Source of the DNA: Candidatus Methylomirabilales bacterium
GTDB taxonomy: Bacteria > Methylomirabilota > Methylomirabilia > Methylomirabilales > CSP1-5
DNA length: 36,055 nt
Direction: 5' to 3'
Assembly (NCBI GenBank): GCA_046758505.1
Contig: JBHIAH010000022.1
Span: forward strand, 1 to 36,055
Shown here: in pieces, positions 1-8,132 of the stretch
Layout of the letters: each line of letters begins with the position of its first letter
How positions within the stretch are numbered: the stretch's first letter is position 1
The notes under the pieces: generated by a model
Database searches by the model: none
What the model was told of the DNA's origin: nothing
Seen by the model: the letters and a program-made list of their open reading frames with translations, nothing else
Program-made: the position numbers and the translations under genes

Positions 1-97
1 GGGGGCGGCCGATCCCCGTCGAGAGGGCTACGCCCTCGGCTGGTAACGTCGCCCCGATCTCCCGCTCCGTTCGTCCCCTTCCTTGATTTCCTCTCCC

Positions 98-1612
98 CTA
101 TGCCTGTCGGTGCGGGATCGCCTGCCGACTTCGCCAGACGGGATAGAGCAGAGAGCCTAGGGCGAGGACAAGGAGAACCAGGGAATACGGGCGCGTGACA
201 AAGAGAAAGATGTTGGGGTCGGTCATCAAGGCGCGGCGGAGGTTCGTTTCGAGAATCGGGCCGAGGATGACCCCCAGGATGAGGGGGGCGAGGGGGATCT
301 CGAGCTTGGACATGCCGTAGCCGAGGATGCCGAACACAAACAGGACCCAGATGTCGAAGATGCGGTTGTTCAGGGCGAAGGCCCCGACGGCGCAGAGGAC
401 CAAGATCACGGGGACGAGGATATATTTGGGGGTAGAGGTCAGTCGCAGGAAAAACCGGAGTCCGACCGCCGACTGGATACCGGCGGTCGCGAAGTGGGCA
501 AAGAAGAAGGCCACGAACATGCCGTACACGAGGTTGGGGTGGTTGGTGATCAAGAGGGGTCCGGGCTGAATCCCATGGATGATGAGAGCCCCCAGCATGA
601 CGGCGGTGATGGCGTCGCCGGGGATCCCCAGGGCGATCATCGGAATCAGCGCACCGCCGGCGGTCGAGCTGTTGCCTGCCTCAGAGGCGATGACGCCATC
701 GGGGATGCCGGTGCCGAATTGCTCCGGGGACGCGGATGCCTTCTTGGCCCGGTCGTAACTCACAATGTTGGAGATGCTCGAGCCGGCCCCAGGCAGGGTC
801 CCGACAAACATCCCCACGAGCGACGAGCGGATCAGGTTCCATGGCTGCCTGAAGAGGATCTCCAGATTCGACTTGAGGTGGGGGACGCGGACCGTCTTGA
901 TATCGATGAGGGCTGTCGCCGAAGCGCGCTTCGCCTCCAGCTCTTCCATCAGGTTCGAGAAGGCAAACAGCCCGATCAGAATGGGAAGAAAGTCGAGGCC
1001 GCCTTCCATCTCGTGCATCCCGAACGTAAACCGGGGGACATTGCTGATCGGATCGCTCCCCACGGTGGCGACCAATAGGCCGAAGAGGCCGCTGATGAGG
1101 CCCTTGAGCAATGATTCTCCGGAGAGGCTCGCGATGATGGTCATCGCAAAGAGGATCAGGGAGAAGTACTCCCACGGGCCGAAGGCTAACGCGAGGTAGG
1201 AGAGGGGAGGGGCGAGGGCCATCAGGGCGAGAGTGCTCAACAGGCCTCCCCAGAAGGAGGCCCACACTCCCAAGGCCAGGGCGCGGCCGGCCTCGCCCTT
1301 CTTGGCCATGGGGTGGCCGTCAAAGGTCGTGGCGATGGCCGAAGGGGTGCCGGGAATACCGATGAGGCAGGCGGAGATCAGCCCTCCGGACAGGCCGCCC
1401 ACGTAGACCCCGATCATTGTGGCCAGCCCCTGGACAGGACTCATCCCAAAAGTGAAGGGCAGGGTGAGGATCACCGCCATGGCGATGGTAAAGCCGGGGA
1501 TGCAGCCGGCCACGATGCCGGCCAGGCTGCCGAGGAACAGGCTCACGAGGACCTTGGCCTTGACAACTTCGGTAAGTCCGAGGGTAAACAGGCTAAAGGT
1601 TGACAGTTCCAT
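98..1612 (-). CDS. tctA: Tripartite tricarboxylate transporter large permease TctA
   Basis: Highly hydrophobic, about 504 aa, with TctA motifs (GIPGTPSAIATTFDGHPMA, EAGNSS..GG.LIPM.ALGIPG). ATG at 1612 lies just after the tctB stop. Confidence 0.93.
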   Translation of the reverse strand: MELSTFSLFTLGLTEVVKAKVLVSLFLGSLAGIVAGCIPGFTIAMAVILTLPFTFGMSPVQGLATMIGVYVGGLSGGLISACLIGIPGTPSAIATTFDGHPMAKKGEAGRALALGVWASFWGGLLSTLALMALAPPLSYLALAFGPWEYFSLILFAMTIIASLSGESLLKGLISGLFGLLVATVGSDPISNVPRFTFGMHEMEGGLDFLPILIGLFAFSNLMEELEAKRASATALIDIKTVRVPHLKSNLEILFRQPWNLIRSSLVGMFVGTLPGAGSSISNIVSYDRAKKASASPEQFGTGIPDGVIASEAGNSSTAGGALIPMIALGIPGDAITAVMLGALIIHGIQPGPLLITNHPNLVYGMFVAFFFAHFATAGIQSAVGLRFFLRLTSTPKYILVPVILVLCAVGAFALNNRIFDIWVLFVFGILGYGMSKLEIPLAPLILGVILGPILETNLRRALMTDPNIFLFVTRPYSLVLLVLALGSLLYPVWRSRQAIPHRQA

Positions 1613-1613
1613 A

Positions 1614-2087
1614 TCAGAAGAGCGTGCCTTCGGGGAGAAATACAAAGAGGAATTTCTGGAAAAAGAAATAGATCGCGAAGGTCGATCCGACGCTCACGGC
1701 GATGACGGTAGGCAGGTAGCCCCACTCGCGCGGGCTCAAGAGCCATTGGCCGGCGATCAGGAAAACCGTTGCGGCAATGAGGAAACCGAAGGGCTGCAAG
1801 AGAAGCACGAAGAGCAAGAAGAGCAGGAGGCTCTTCAGGATGAGATGGTGTTCGCGGAAGAGGGTGAGCGGGTCTGGCCTTTCGATCCCCCCCGGGCGCA
1901 TCTGGACGAGCTTCTGGGCCGCGAGTGCCATCCCGAGGATGGCAAGGAGGGCTGCCAGCACCTGCGGAAAAATGGCGGTCCCCAGGATGTCCGGCAGCAC
2001 AGGCGGCGGCGGCGGCAGACCGAGCGACTGTACGTAAAAGAGGGCTGCAACGATCAGCAAGAATGCGGCGGCAATCAGGTCCCCCAC
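1614..2087 (-). CDS. tctB: Tripartite tricarboxylate transporter small permease TctB
   Basis: 157 aa with 4-5 TM segments, G.A.FP motif and C-terminal F.V.LP.G. Lies between tctC and tctA. GTG start with GGAGG upstream. Confidence 0.85.
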   Translation of the reverse strand: MGDLIAAAFLLIVAALFYVQSLGLPPPPPVLPDILGTAIFPQVLAALLAILGMALAAQKLVQMRPGGIERPDPLTLFREHHLILKSLLLFLLFVLLLQPFGFLIAATVFLIAGQWLLSPREWGYLPTVIAVSVGSTFAIYFFFQKFLFVFLPEGTLF

Positions 2088-2121
2088 CGAACCCTCCGCC
2101 CCGTGCAGGCACCTGGAGAGA

Positions 2122-2160
2122 GTTGCCGGAGGCCCAGCGCGGATCTGGGCCTCCGGCAGC
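2122..2160. other. Intercistronic stem-loop between tctC and tctB
   Basis: Perfect 14-bp inverted repeat TGCCGGAGGCCCAG (2124-2137) / CTGGGCCTCCGGCA (2145-2158), with no U-tract. Confidence 0.7.
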
Positions 2161-2167
2161 CACGCGA

Positions 2168-3175
2168 CTACTTTTGGGGAGTGTAGACGCCCATCAACTT
2201 GGCAACCTCGACTGTATCTTTAAACGTTTTCCGAAGGTGGTTGGTGTACTCTTTCCGGTTGAGGAAGCGGATTTGGGTGCCAAAGGCGCGCATGGCCACC
2301 TGGAACTTGCGGTACTTTTTGAATTTCTTGTGCAGCTTGTGGGCCTTGGTCACCTGCTCGCACGCCTGCTCGAGTTTGGCCAGAATCGGCTCAGGGGTCC
2401 CCTTGGGGGCAAACCATCCCCGGTTTACCGAGTAGGTCACATTAATCCCGGCCTCTTTGAGCGTGGGAACTTCCGGAAGCTCTTTGCTCCGCTGATCGGT
2501 GGCGATGGCCAGCAGGCGAAGCTTCTTGGCGTCCATGTACTCTTTTCCCCCGGGGATGTTGGTCTCCGCCAGGTCGATGTGGCCGCCGACCAGGGCCCGC
2601 ATCCGGGGTGCGGTCCCTTCATAACTGACAAAGCGGAATTTGATCCCGGCAGCGTGCTGGACCATGAGGGGAAAGAATTGGCTGGTGGAGCCGATCGTGG
2701 CGCCGAACTTGATCGTATTGGGCTTCTTCTTTGCCGTCTTGAGGACGTCCTGGAAGGTCCGGTACGGCGTTCCCGGGTAGGCCGCAACGACCGAAGGGGT
2801 CGAGGTGACGAGACAGATCGGCTCGTAGGCGTCCCAGGTGAAATCCGAGATCCCGGTCGCGTAGGTGGTGATGATCGACCCGTGCCCGGAAAAGAGGGTG
2901 TATCCGTCAGGCTTGGCATTCTTGGCGGCGCGCGCGCCCACGGTGCCGGAGCTTCCCTTGATGTTGACCACCTGGACCCACTGCCCCAGGGCATCGCTCA
3001 TATAGGCAGCAAAGATCCGCATGATGGCGTCGGTGTCACCGCCCGGCGCCCAGGGGACGATGAGTTTGATCGGGCGCGTTGGGTACTCGGCCCCGGCGAG
3101 GGGAGTGACACCGATAACCAGCAGGGTCAGAAGAGTCACAGCCCATGTGAGATACGGACGATGTCTGTATCGCAT
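2168..3175 (-). CDS. tctC: Tripartite tricarboxylate transporter substrate-binding protein TctC (Bug family)
   Basis: Signal peptide followed by YPTRPIKLIVPWAPGGDTD, KPDGYTL and PEVPTLKEAG. AGGAGG RBS. Confidence 0.93.
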   Translation of the reverse strand: MRYRHRPYLTWAVTLLTLLVIGVTPLAGAEYPTRPIKLIVPWAPGGDTDAIMRIFAAYMSDALGQWVQVVNIKGSSGTVGARAAKNAKPDGYTLFSGHGSIITTYATGISDFTWDAYEPICLVTSTPSVVAAYPGTPYRTFQDVLKTAKKKPNTIKFGATIGSTSQFFPLMVQHAAGIKFRFVSYEGTAPRMRALVGGHIDLAETNIPGGKEYMDAKKLRLLAIATDQRSKELPEVPTLKEAGINVTYSVNRGWFAPKGTPEPILAKLEQACEQVTKAHKLHKKFKKYRKFQVAMRAFGTQIRFLNRKEYTNHLRKTFKDTVEVAKLMGVYTPQK

Positions 3176-3519
3176 GATCCGCCACCTCCTGTGATTACAT
3201 TATGTATGAAGGTTATGTGCCAAACGGCCGAGGGCCTCACGGCGTAGGAATGTTTGCAGGGTCCGGATCGAAAATCAAGGGGAAATTCGACGAGCGCCCC
3301 GGGGGGGTGGGTTTGCTCGGGCAGGTGTCCCGGGACAATTTATCTGGCCCCCGGATGGCCCCTGTATTAGTATACTCGACGTGCCGGCCGGCCTCCCTTC
3401 GTGTTGGGAGGCCCGGATCCCTCGCCCTCGAAGCTCCACGCGAGATTTGACCGACAGGATGCCTCACGGGGAGAAGGGGGAATGGGGGAAATGGGGTAGG
3501 GGGGGTTGATGAGGAGGGG

Positions 3520-3948
3520 ATGAAGGTTTCCCGCATGTTCGAGTTTGATGCGGCCCACCGGGTCCTCGGTCACCCGGGTCGGTGTGCATCCCTGCACGGG
3601 CATCGGTATCGACTGCAAGTCGTGGTCGAGGCGACGGATCTGAACGCGCTCGGCATGCTGATCGACTTTGGCGATATCAAGCGGCTCGTGGACGAGGGGC
3701 TGGTGAGCAGATGGGATCACGCCGCCCTCTTCCGCCGGGACGATCCCCTCGTCCGGGCGGTCCTCCAGGCCCAGCCTGAAGCCCCCGAGAGAGTCGTCAC
3801 GCTGCCGGACAACCCCACTGCCGAGGTGATGGCGAAGACAGCCTTTCAGGAGATCGCCAAGGCCCTGCCCGAGGGCCTCACCCTGTCCGAGGTGACCCTC
3901 TGGGAGACGCCGAACTCCTCGGCCTGCATCACCCGGAGTGATGGATGA
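3520..3948 (+). CDS. queD: 6-carboxy-5,6,7,8-tetrahydropterin synthase (QueD/PTPS family)
   Basis: FDAAH, CxxLHGHxY, NPTAE and WET motifs. GAGGAGG RBS. Confidence 0.88.
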   Translation: MKVSRMFEFDAAHRVLGHPGRCASLHGHRYRLQVVVEATDLNALGMLIDFGDIKRLVDEGLVSRWDHAALFRRDDPLVRAVLQAQPEAPERVVTLPDNPTAEVMAKTAFQEIAKALPEGLTLSEVTLWETPNSSACITRSDG

Positions 3949-4223
3949 TGGCCTCGGGCTGGGGAAATCCTCATGCGGACCACTGCGTGGCTCTCGGGGC
4001 CCCTGCCGAAAATTGAACGCTCCCCGTTCGGTTCCTCTTCACCATGATGAATTTCCGCTGGTGCGTCTCCCGGCGGAACAACACGGGTGGCCTGTGGCCG
4101 GCATCGCATGGATAGAAGGACTCGAAGGCAGGGATTTGACTGGGCCCATCGGGTCGGGACAGAGGCGGCACCGCGACCGGCGTCGATCGTAGGGGGGGTG
4201 ACTCGCAAGGGGAAATCCCGGGC

Positions 4224-4239
4224 TGGTCCTGTCCTTGCA
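4224..4239 (+). promoter_or_regulatory. Putative sigma-54 promoter for the first signal peptidase gene
   Basis: TGGTCC-TGTCC-TTGCA, exact GG-N10-GC spacing, about 90 nt upstream of the start. Confidence 0.6.
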
Positions 4240-4328
4240 AGCCACGGCAGGGCCGGGCATCGAGGCGGTGGCTTTGGCCGTCCCCGAGGGAGACGCGGCC
4301 GTTGCATGCGGGGAGAGGATGGGGGAGC

Positions 4329-4883
4329 GTGGCAAGATCGGATGGCGTGAAAAGGAAACGAGCTTTTTTTGACTGGCACCTCGTCTGGACGGAAAAGCGA
4401 CGAGCCAACAGGCTGGCCTTCATCCTCTTCTGGTCCATCCTGATGGCGTACTTCTGTAAGGTGTATGTCGTGAGCGTTGGCATTGTGCACGACATCAGCA
4501 TGCAGAAGACCCTGCCGGAGGGGGGCTACTACCTGGTGAACAAATACATCTACCACTTCGTCCCTCCCGAGCGGGGCGACATCATCGTGCTTCGAGAGGA
4601 TGGACATGGCTCCGAGGAATATGTCAAGCGCGTCATTGGGCTCCCGGGGGAGACGCTCGCCATCCGGTTCGGCCATGTCTACATCAACGGCCGCCGTTTG
4701 GTCGAACCGTATGCCGTGGGTCCGACCTATCCCGATCTCGGTCCGTATCGCATCCAGAAAGATACCTTCTTTGTCCTCGGCGATAACCGCGCGGTGAGCC
4801 AAGATAGCCGGTTCTTTGGGGCGGTGGCGAGGAGAAACATCGATGGGAAGGTCAAGCCGGGCGAGTTGTTTCCGTTTTGGTAG
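4329..4883 (+). CDS. lepB: Signal peptidase I (S26), paralog 1
   Basis: One N-terminal TM. Box B (ISMQKTL), box C (RGDIIV), box D (YVKRVIG) and box E (GDNRAVSQDSR). GTG start chosen from the GGGGAG RBS; start uncertain. Confidence 0.88.
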   Translation: MARSDGVKRKRAFFDWHLVWTEKRRANRLAFILFWSILMAYFCKVYVVSVGIVHDISMQKTLPEGGYYLVNKYIYHFVPPERGDIIVLREDGHGSEEYVKRVIGLPGETLAIRFGHVYINGRRLVEPYAVGPTYPDLGPYRIQKDTFFVLGDNRAVSQDSRFFGAVARRNIDGKVKPGELFPFW

Positions 4884-5070
4884 GTGGCCCCGGGTCACCC
4901 GTGACGCTTTGCTGCGACAGGCCCTTCGTCCCGCTCCACCGCTTCACCATCTCTTCCGGCCCCTGCTGTCCCGCCGAGACGATACCTGCTCCCCCCGCGA
5001 GACCGGTACCCGCTGACGGTTGCATGTGAATGTGCGCGCATGGCCTGATGCGGGCCCGCCAGGTCAGACC

Positions 5071-5086
5071 TGGCCCAACATTTGCA
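5071..5086 (+). promoter_or_regulatory. Putative sigma-54 promoter for the second signal peptidase gene
   Basis: TGGCCC-AACAT-TTGCA, about 110 nt upstream of ATG 5198. Confidence 0.65.
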
Positions 5087-5197
5087 ATCGCGGCACCTGG
5101 GCCAGACAGGGGGGTGTTGGCGCGTGCCGACGGCGCTTCCTGGAGGTGCACCGGACGCTCGGTGCCCGAGTGACTCGAAACGAACACACGTGGGGCC

Positions 5198-5773
5198 ATG
5201 GCCGAGACGATGTCTTCGTTGGAAGGTCCGACAGGGAAGGACACGGGGCGAGCTTTTTTTGACCGACGCTTTATCTGGACAGAGAAGCGACGGGTCAACA
5301 GGCTGGCCTTCATCCTCCTCTGGTCCATCCTGATGTGGTTCTTTGTGAAGGCGTATGTCGTGAGCGTCGGCATTGTTGGGGACATCAGCATGCAGCCGAC
5401 GTTGGCCAAGGGGGGGTATTACCTGGTCAACAGGTACGTCTACCACTTCGTCCGTCCCGAGCGGGGCGACATCGTGCTGTTCCGGAGGACGGAATATGGC
5501 GCCGTGGAAGACGTCAAGCGCATTGTCGGGCTGCCGGGCGAGACGCTCACCATACGCTCAAGCGCGGTCTACATCAATGGCCGCCGAATAATCGAGCCCT
5601 ATGCGGTTGGGGGCACCTATCCAGATTTCGGTCCCTATGCCGTCGAGAAAAATGCCTACTTCGTCCTCGGGGACACCCGATGGGTGCGGGAGGACAGCCG
5701 CGATTTCGGGACTGTGCCGTTGGCGAACATCAGAGGAAAAATCGCCCCAGACCGGTTGTTTCCATTCCGCTGA
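5198..5773 (+). CDS. lepB: Signal peptidase I (S26), paralog 2, with divergent box E
   Basis: ISMQPTL, RGDIV and DVKRIVG are present; box E reads GDTRWVREDSR. Obvious nucleotide similarity to 4329-4883. Confidence 0.85.
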   Translation: MAETMSSLEGPTGKDTGRAFFDRRFIWTEKRRVNRLAFILLWSILMWFFVKAYVVSVGIVGDISMQPTLAKGGYYLVNRYVYHFVRPERGDIVLFRRTEYGAVEDVKRIVGLPGETLTIRSSAVYINGRRIIEPYAVGGTYPDFGPYAVEKNAYFVLGDTRWVREDSRDFGTVPLANIRGKIAPDRLFPFR

Positions 5774-5784
5774 GGTCCCCCCGA

Positions 5785-5853
5785 CATCCCTCCCCGCGCA
5801 CGTGACACCCTCCGCTTCCTCCTCCGCATCCCTCCCCAACTCCGTGACCCCTC
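5785..5853. repeat. Imperfect direct repeat, two copies 42 bp apart
   Basis: CATCCCTCCCC-N5-CGTGAC(A)CCCTC at 5785-5812 and 5827-5853. Confidence 0.55.
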
Positions 5854-5910
5854 ATCCTTCCATCGAGGAAATTGGCGGGCCCCGGGGGAGGCGAGATGTT
5901 TCATACGTTT

Positions 5911-5926
5911 TGGCATCTCCTTTGCA
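5911..5926 (+). promoter_or_regulatory. Putative sigma-54 promoter
   Basis: (T)TGGCAT-CTCCT-TTGCA, a near-consensus RpoN site upstream of the 6099 hypothetical gene. Confidence 0.75.
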
Positions 5927-6098
5927 CCGAAGCATGCACCGCACCACAAACCTCCAATCGGATTCCGCCCGGTGACGGCGGACAAGAACCGCACCGGCTT
6001 TCATGAGCTCACGAACGGTCTATGAAGGTCCTGGGGGAGCGGGCGGTCCCATCCGACAAAAGGCCCGACCGCGGCATTCGATATCCGAGGATTCGTCG

Positions 6099-7130
6099 AT
6101 GGTGGCACAAGATCTCCAGCGAACGCTTCTGAGGGTGGTGCAACGCACCCGCGCGATCGATGTCCGCCACTACGAGTGGCGCGAGCACAGCGCCCTCCAG
6201 CAGGAACTGCTGCCCGCCGTCATCGAAGCCCTTTCCGACGGGATCACTGCGTTCACGGAGATCCTTGACTACTATGGTTGCCCATCAGGGGGCGACGCGT
6301 CGAGTGCCGAATCGGATACAGCCGATGCGAGCGCTCGTCGCGTCGTCGGTCCCATCAACGACGCAGAAGATGGGGTCCAACGAATCACCGATCTCTCGTT
6401 TATGGCCCGGTGGGAGCTTCATCGCGAACAGGAGGGCGTTGGAAAGATCGGTTCCAGGAAGGTGGCGTCGGCCGTCATTTCCGGTTGCGGCCGAGCGTGC
6501 AAACGGGTGGTCACATCGGCCATTGCCGTCGAGGACGCCATATGTGCATACGAAGGTCTGAACAGCATCCTCCATCATCTTCACACCAGTGAGCTTGGCC
6601 GATCCCTCCAGATCCGGCGCGCCTATGCGCTGTTTCGCCAAACCGTTGCAGGGGGCGGTCCGGTCGCTATCGAAGATGTGCGTGAGCGACTTCGCCTGGC
6701 CGCCGTCGGCATTGCCAAACTGGTTGGGAGCGAGGTGTACCGTGAATTGCGTTACTCCGACCGCATGCGCCTGGAAGCGGTCCAGGGCCGGCTGATCGAG
6801 TGGCTGGATGGGCGTCGAGGGGACGACCCCGTTGCGGGTCTCAGGATTTGGGAGGATATCAATCACATCGCTGAGTTGTTGCTGGAGGTGAACAAGCGTG
6901 CCGAGCTTCGGGAACACGACCATGCGGTCGTCGCCGAGGCGTATACCCGGCTCTTCTGCACCGACCGCGCGCCGGAGTGTATCCCGCACGATCTCCAGCT
7001 CCAACTGCAGTCCCTCTTTGGGAGAGATGAGGAGTGCGACCAGTTGATTGCTGATCCGGAGCCTCATGCGACCGCGGACTGGAGAGTGCCCCTCGAACGG
7101 CTTCTGGGACGCCTCGGCCCCTCCGCGTAG
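6099..7130 (+). CDS. Hypothetical protein, about 343 aa, predicted helical and cytoplasmic
   Basis: Long ORF with protein-like composition. GAGGA before ATG 6099 (alternative start 6003). No recognised motif. Confidence 0.75.
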   Translation: MVAQDLQRTLLRVVQRTRAIDVRHYEWREHSALQQELLPAVIEALSDGITAFTEILDYYGCPSGGDASSAESDTADASARRVVGPINDAEDGVQRITDLSFMARWELHREQEGVGKIGSRKVASAVISGCGRACKRVVTSAIAVEDAICAYEGLNSILHHLHTSELGRSLQIRRAYALFRQTVAGGGPVAIEDVRERLRLAAVGIAKLVGSEVYRELRYSDRMRLEAVQGRLIEWLDGRRGDDPVAGLRIWEDINHIAELLLEVNKRAELREHDHAVVAEAYTRLFCTDRAPECIPHDLQLQLQSLFGRDEECDQLIADPEPHATADWRVPLERLLGRLGPSA

Positions 7131-7269
7131 AGGGCGGACGGCGTCCGGGGAATGCCGGGGACATCGCTCACTCACTTGCATTCCTGCCGAGAGACAGGTC
7201 CCACGCCAGTTTTCTTGGAAGCTGAATCACGGGACCACTGCGACCCAAGAAGCCGGGATCCGTGGCACC

Positions 7270-7298
7270 TTGCAAAATCCGAGAGAGCGGGACACAAT
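7270..7298 (+). promoter_or_regulatory. Putative sigma-70 promoter
   Basis: TTGCAA-N17-CACAAT, 22 nt upstream of ATG 7321. Confidence 0.45.
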
Positions 7299-7320
7299 AG
7301 CGACAAAGACGGAGGTCCCG

Positions 7321-7647
7321 ATGGCGTACTACCTGGTGTGGGCCAAAGCCAAACTCGAGCGCCTGCCGGAGCTTGAAACGTTGCTTGCGCAAAAGGCCTT
7401 TGAGGGGCTCCGGCCCTTCGGGCAAGCGCTCAGTGCGGGCCTCGGGGGTGCGCGCGTCGGCGTGGATGGGATCGCCGTGTGGGAAGAGGAGGATTATTGT
7501 TCGCCGCCGCTCGCCATGGAGCGTGCCGCGGTGCTCGACACGTACTTTGACGACATCCGGGTCGAGGCGGTCAAACCGGGCGAGGGGTGGAGCCGCATCC
7601 GGGAGCTCCCGCGACTCTTCCGCGCCCTAGCGTCTACACCGGACTGA
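7321..7647 (+). CDS. Hypothetical protein (WEEEDYCSPPL motif)
   Basis: 108 aa, GGAGG RBS at 7311, protein-like composition. Confidence 0.78.
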   Translation: MAYYLVWAKAKLERLPELETLLAQKAFEGLRPFGQALSAGLGGARVGVDGIAVWEEEDYCSPPLAMERAAVLDTYFDDIRVEAVKPGEGWSRIRELPRLFRALASTPD

Positions 7648-7649
7648 TG

Positions 7650-7955
7650 TTATCGGAGGTGGATGCTCCCGGTGGCGGGGTCGTACGCGTACAGGGTGGG
7701 ATCGATTCCCTGATTCTGGACGAGCGGCAGGTCGGTCAGGCTCACGGGAAAGCGTCCTCGTTCCACATAATACTGCTGGATCGCTGTCTTGAGTACTTGG
7801 AGGTCCGCCTGTGCCCGAACCCTTTCCGCCCGTCCTTTGGCCTGGATCACTTCCTTCCCATATTCTTCGATGGGGTTTTGGCTCTCGCCGCATCCGCCCA
7901 GGAGCAGTAGGAGCATTCCAACGACGATGAGCGCCCCGATGTGCTTTTTGACCAT
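7650..7955 (-). CDS. Small lipoprotein with a GspG/pseudopilin-like helical segment
   Basis: Lipobox LGGC and ADLQVLKTAIQQYYVERGRFPVSLTDL, which resembles the T2SS GspG core. Strong GGAGGAGG RBS. Confidence 0.75.
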   Translation of the reverse strand: MVKKHIGALIVVGMLLLLLGGCGESQNPIEEYGKEVIQAKGRAERVRAQADLQVLKTAIQQYYVERGRFPVSLTDLPLVQNQGIDPTLYAYDPATGSIHLR

Positions 7956-7991
7956 CCTCCTCCTCCCCTGAATCTATCCGCGAAACGTGAT

Positions 7992-8007
7992 TGCAAGCGG
8001 CGTGCCG
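7992..8007 (-). promoter_or_regulatory. Putative sigma-54 promoter
   Basis: Minus strand reads CGGCAC-GCCGC-TTGCA, 36 nt upstream of ATG 7955. Confidence 0.7.
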
Positions 8008-8057
8008 GGTGTACGAGATCAATAGCGACGATTCGCATAGGAACATGAGGGTACGAT

Positions 8058-8086
8058 TTGCCCTTGTGTCCAAAACCGCTTACCAT
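8058..8086 (+). promoter_or_regulatory. Putative sigma-70 promoter for the DUF427 gene
   Basis: TTGCCC-N17-TACCAT. Confidence 0.45.
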
Positions 8087-8132
8087 GATCGCCATCCAAC
8101 AAAACACTATTTTTCACCACGGGGAGGGAGCG

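Noticed and set aside
3207..3222. Sigma-54-like TGGCAC upstream of tctC (minus strand TGGCACATAACCTTCA)
   Set aside because: The -24 element is perfect, but there is no GC at the -12 position.
3361..3519. preQ1 riboswitch upstream of queD
   Set aside because: A hairpin is present, but the preQ1-I loop consensus and A-rich tail are not.
3938..4192. 84-aa ORF overlapping the queD stop
   Set aside because: No recognisable motif and composition typical of GC-rich spurious ORFs. The region is more likely the upstream regulatory DNA of SPase 1.
4364..5260. T7 homopolymers near the 5' ends of both SPase genes as phase-variation tracts
   Set aside because: Only 7 nt long, both in frame (encoding A-F-F), and explained by the duplication.
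7263..7274. TGGCAC-C-TTGCA as a sigma-54 site
   Set aside because: The spacer is 4 nt too short. The TTGCAA fits better as a sigma-70 -35.
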